64,000 nt of DNA from Candidatus Xenobia bacterium (lineage in GTDB: Bacteria > Vulcanimicrobiota > CADAWZ01): contig JAVBNT010000038.1 of assembly GCA_031551355.1 (NCBI GenBank), positions 4,126-68,125 on the forward strand, given 5' to 3'. This document shows positions 62,886-64,000 of this stretch, piece by piece (position 1 is the first letter of the stretch; every line of letters starts with the position of its first letter). The position numbers and the translations under genes are program-made. The notes below the pieces were generated by a model. That model saw nothing but the letters and a program-made list of their open reading frames with translations. It did no database searches and was not told where the DNA came from.

Positions 62886-63363
62886 CTTCTTCTATACTCC
62901 CTGAGTTTGGTTTTAAAGGTTCTTCCTGTGTGGAATTGTCACTTATAATGAGTCTAATTGGATAATACGGTGTTGATGTTATTCCTTCCTGCGGAGACTG
63001 ATTGATTATATAACCCTGCGGGTATTTTGTTGACGGCTCTTCTTTTTCAATGGTCCAGAAAAGCCCCATGCCGATGATTTTTGCTGTTCCTTCGCTGAAT
63101 GGCATCCCTATGACACTCGGAATTTCGGCATAATTAAATCTGATTTTAAAATCCTCAAATGCCGAAGTTATATTTTTTCTCAGTTGTTCTATATCGTTTA
63201 GCGGGTCAAATACAAGGGCTTCCTTTCTGTCCTTGCGAATTCTGGAAATGTCTTCTTCACAGGAGATCCATAAAATAAACTTTTCTTCCAAAGTGGTTTC
63301 CCCTTCGACAAGAATTCTTTCCTCTCCGGTCGACAAATCTTTATCCTTAAATATATTTAACAT
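62857..63363 (-). CDS. Hypothetical protein (168 aa)
   Basis: The ORF overlaps the downstream lipoprotein gene by 29 nt. No motifs recognised. Confidence 0.3.
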   Translation of the reverse strand: MLNIFKDKDLSTGEERILVEGETTLEEKFILWISCEEDISRIRKDRKEALVFDPLNDIEQLRKNITSAFEDFKIRFNYAEIPSVIGMPFSEGTAKIIGMGLFWTIEKEEPSTKYPQGYIINQSPQEGITSTPYYPIRLIISDNSTQEEPLKPNSGSIEEDEVFKRFLS

Positions 63364-63669
63364 AAAACCCGACTCCCCCTTTATTTATGGATTTATCCGC
63401 AAAGCAAGGGCCTCTTTAAGCAAGTAAGAATGCGATTGTTTGGGTGTTTTTTGCTGTTTTTGCGGGAAAATGATGAAAAAACAGGCAGTATTCACTATTT
63501 ATTGTATAAAATAATAAATTATGTGTCAAATGCCATATTTTTATTTTTTTACTGGTTTTGTTGCTAAATATGGGTTATTTTGATTTTTCTTGCAAAAACA
63601 GCGATTATATGGTATAATTTGCGACGAAATATATCGCATTTATTACAATAACTTTTTGGAGGAGCTTAT

Positions 63670-64000
63670 ATGAGGGACAATGATCTTAGGGCCAGAATTT
63701 TTTCCATATCGCTTAATTTGATTGTGGTTATTCTTCTGATAGTGATAACATTTCAGTGGAACAGCACGGAGAAAAAATTTATAGCTCTGGAAGACCAGAT
63801 CAAAGAACTGGAAACAAAGATTAGCAATCTTCCTAAAGGTCAATTGTCGGACTCATATAAAGCTTCGGATTTAACCACACCGGAAGAGATGCCTTCACGC
63901 AAATATCTTCACCCTGAAGTTCCGAATTTTCTTCACAAACCGACTTTCAGCATCCGCACACCGCAGACCAAGGACGGCGGCGTTATAAGACGATGGTATT
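63670..64000 (+). CDS. Hypothetical membrane-anchored coiled-coil protein, truncated by the window end
   Basis: ATG after GGAGG. 'IFSISLNLIVVILLIVITF' is a TM helix followed by a coiled-coil-like segment. No stop before position 64000. Confidence 0.3.
   Translation, partial: MRDNDLRARIFSISLNLIVVILLIVITFQWNSTEKKFIALEDQIKELETKISNLPKGQLSDSYKASDLTTPEEMPSRKYLHPEVPNFLHKPTFSIRTPQTKDGGVIRRWY

Overview
This 64 kb chromosomal window looks Firmicutes-like. The evidence is Bacillus-type recA-rny-spoVS synteny, a GerMN lipoprotein, a PrkC-like PASTA kinase, RqcH, and a yceD-rpmF-fabH-fabD-fabG-acpP operon. I annotate about 75 protein genes plus tRNA-Pro(GGG) and tRNA-Gln(TTG).

Housekeeping blocks:
- a gldA/gldF/gldG-like ABC transporter with a DUF4340 partner
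- the fab operon
- recA / RNase Y / SpoVS
- an ECF sigma factor with a small Cys-containing partner
- an aspartate aminotransferase
- a flavoprotein / nitroreductase / HxlR redox island
- thiolase
- a two-gene molybdenum hydroxylase (xanthine dehydrogenase family)
- serC, rpe and queD

Accessory content, which is the interesting part:
1. A tandem array of five paralogous genes at 48432..54280 on the minus strand, between the Mo-hydroxylase and serC. All five share a conserved N-terminus ('MNSISSGITASSIL'). Four have two glycine-zipper transmembrane segments flanking a roughly 180-aa variable domain, and one is a 604-aa Gly/Ala-rich multi-zipper protein. I recognise no named family for these, so I rank this as the best candidate for an undescribed system.
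2. A ThiS-like (GG C-terminus) / MFS exporter / radical-SAM-SPASM / M16 peptidase / VOC cluster at 24121..28237. It is followed by MITE-like repeats and two Cys-rich zinc-ribbon proteins, and resembles a RiPP or cofactor maturation locus.
3. A lipoprotein with an extreme Cys-rich, metallothionein-like domain (about 28 Cys in about 70 aa).
4. An 836-aa protein with four phospholipase-D (HKD) repeats, preceded by a small acidic protein.
5. A PrkC-like PASTA kinase whose catalytic HRD Asp is replaced (HCG), so it is probably a pseudokinase.
6. Two dispersed repeat families: a roughly 123-bp MITE-like element with perfect 18-bp terminal inverted repeats, and a hairpin family sharing the core CTGTCGTRCTAA.
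7. A solitary type I-E-like CRISPR repeat with no array.

All calls rest on reading the translated ORFs and the DNA by eye. No database search was possible, so product names are family-level inferences.
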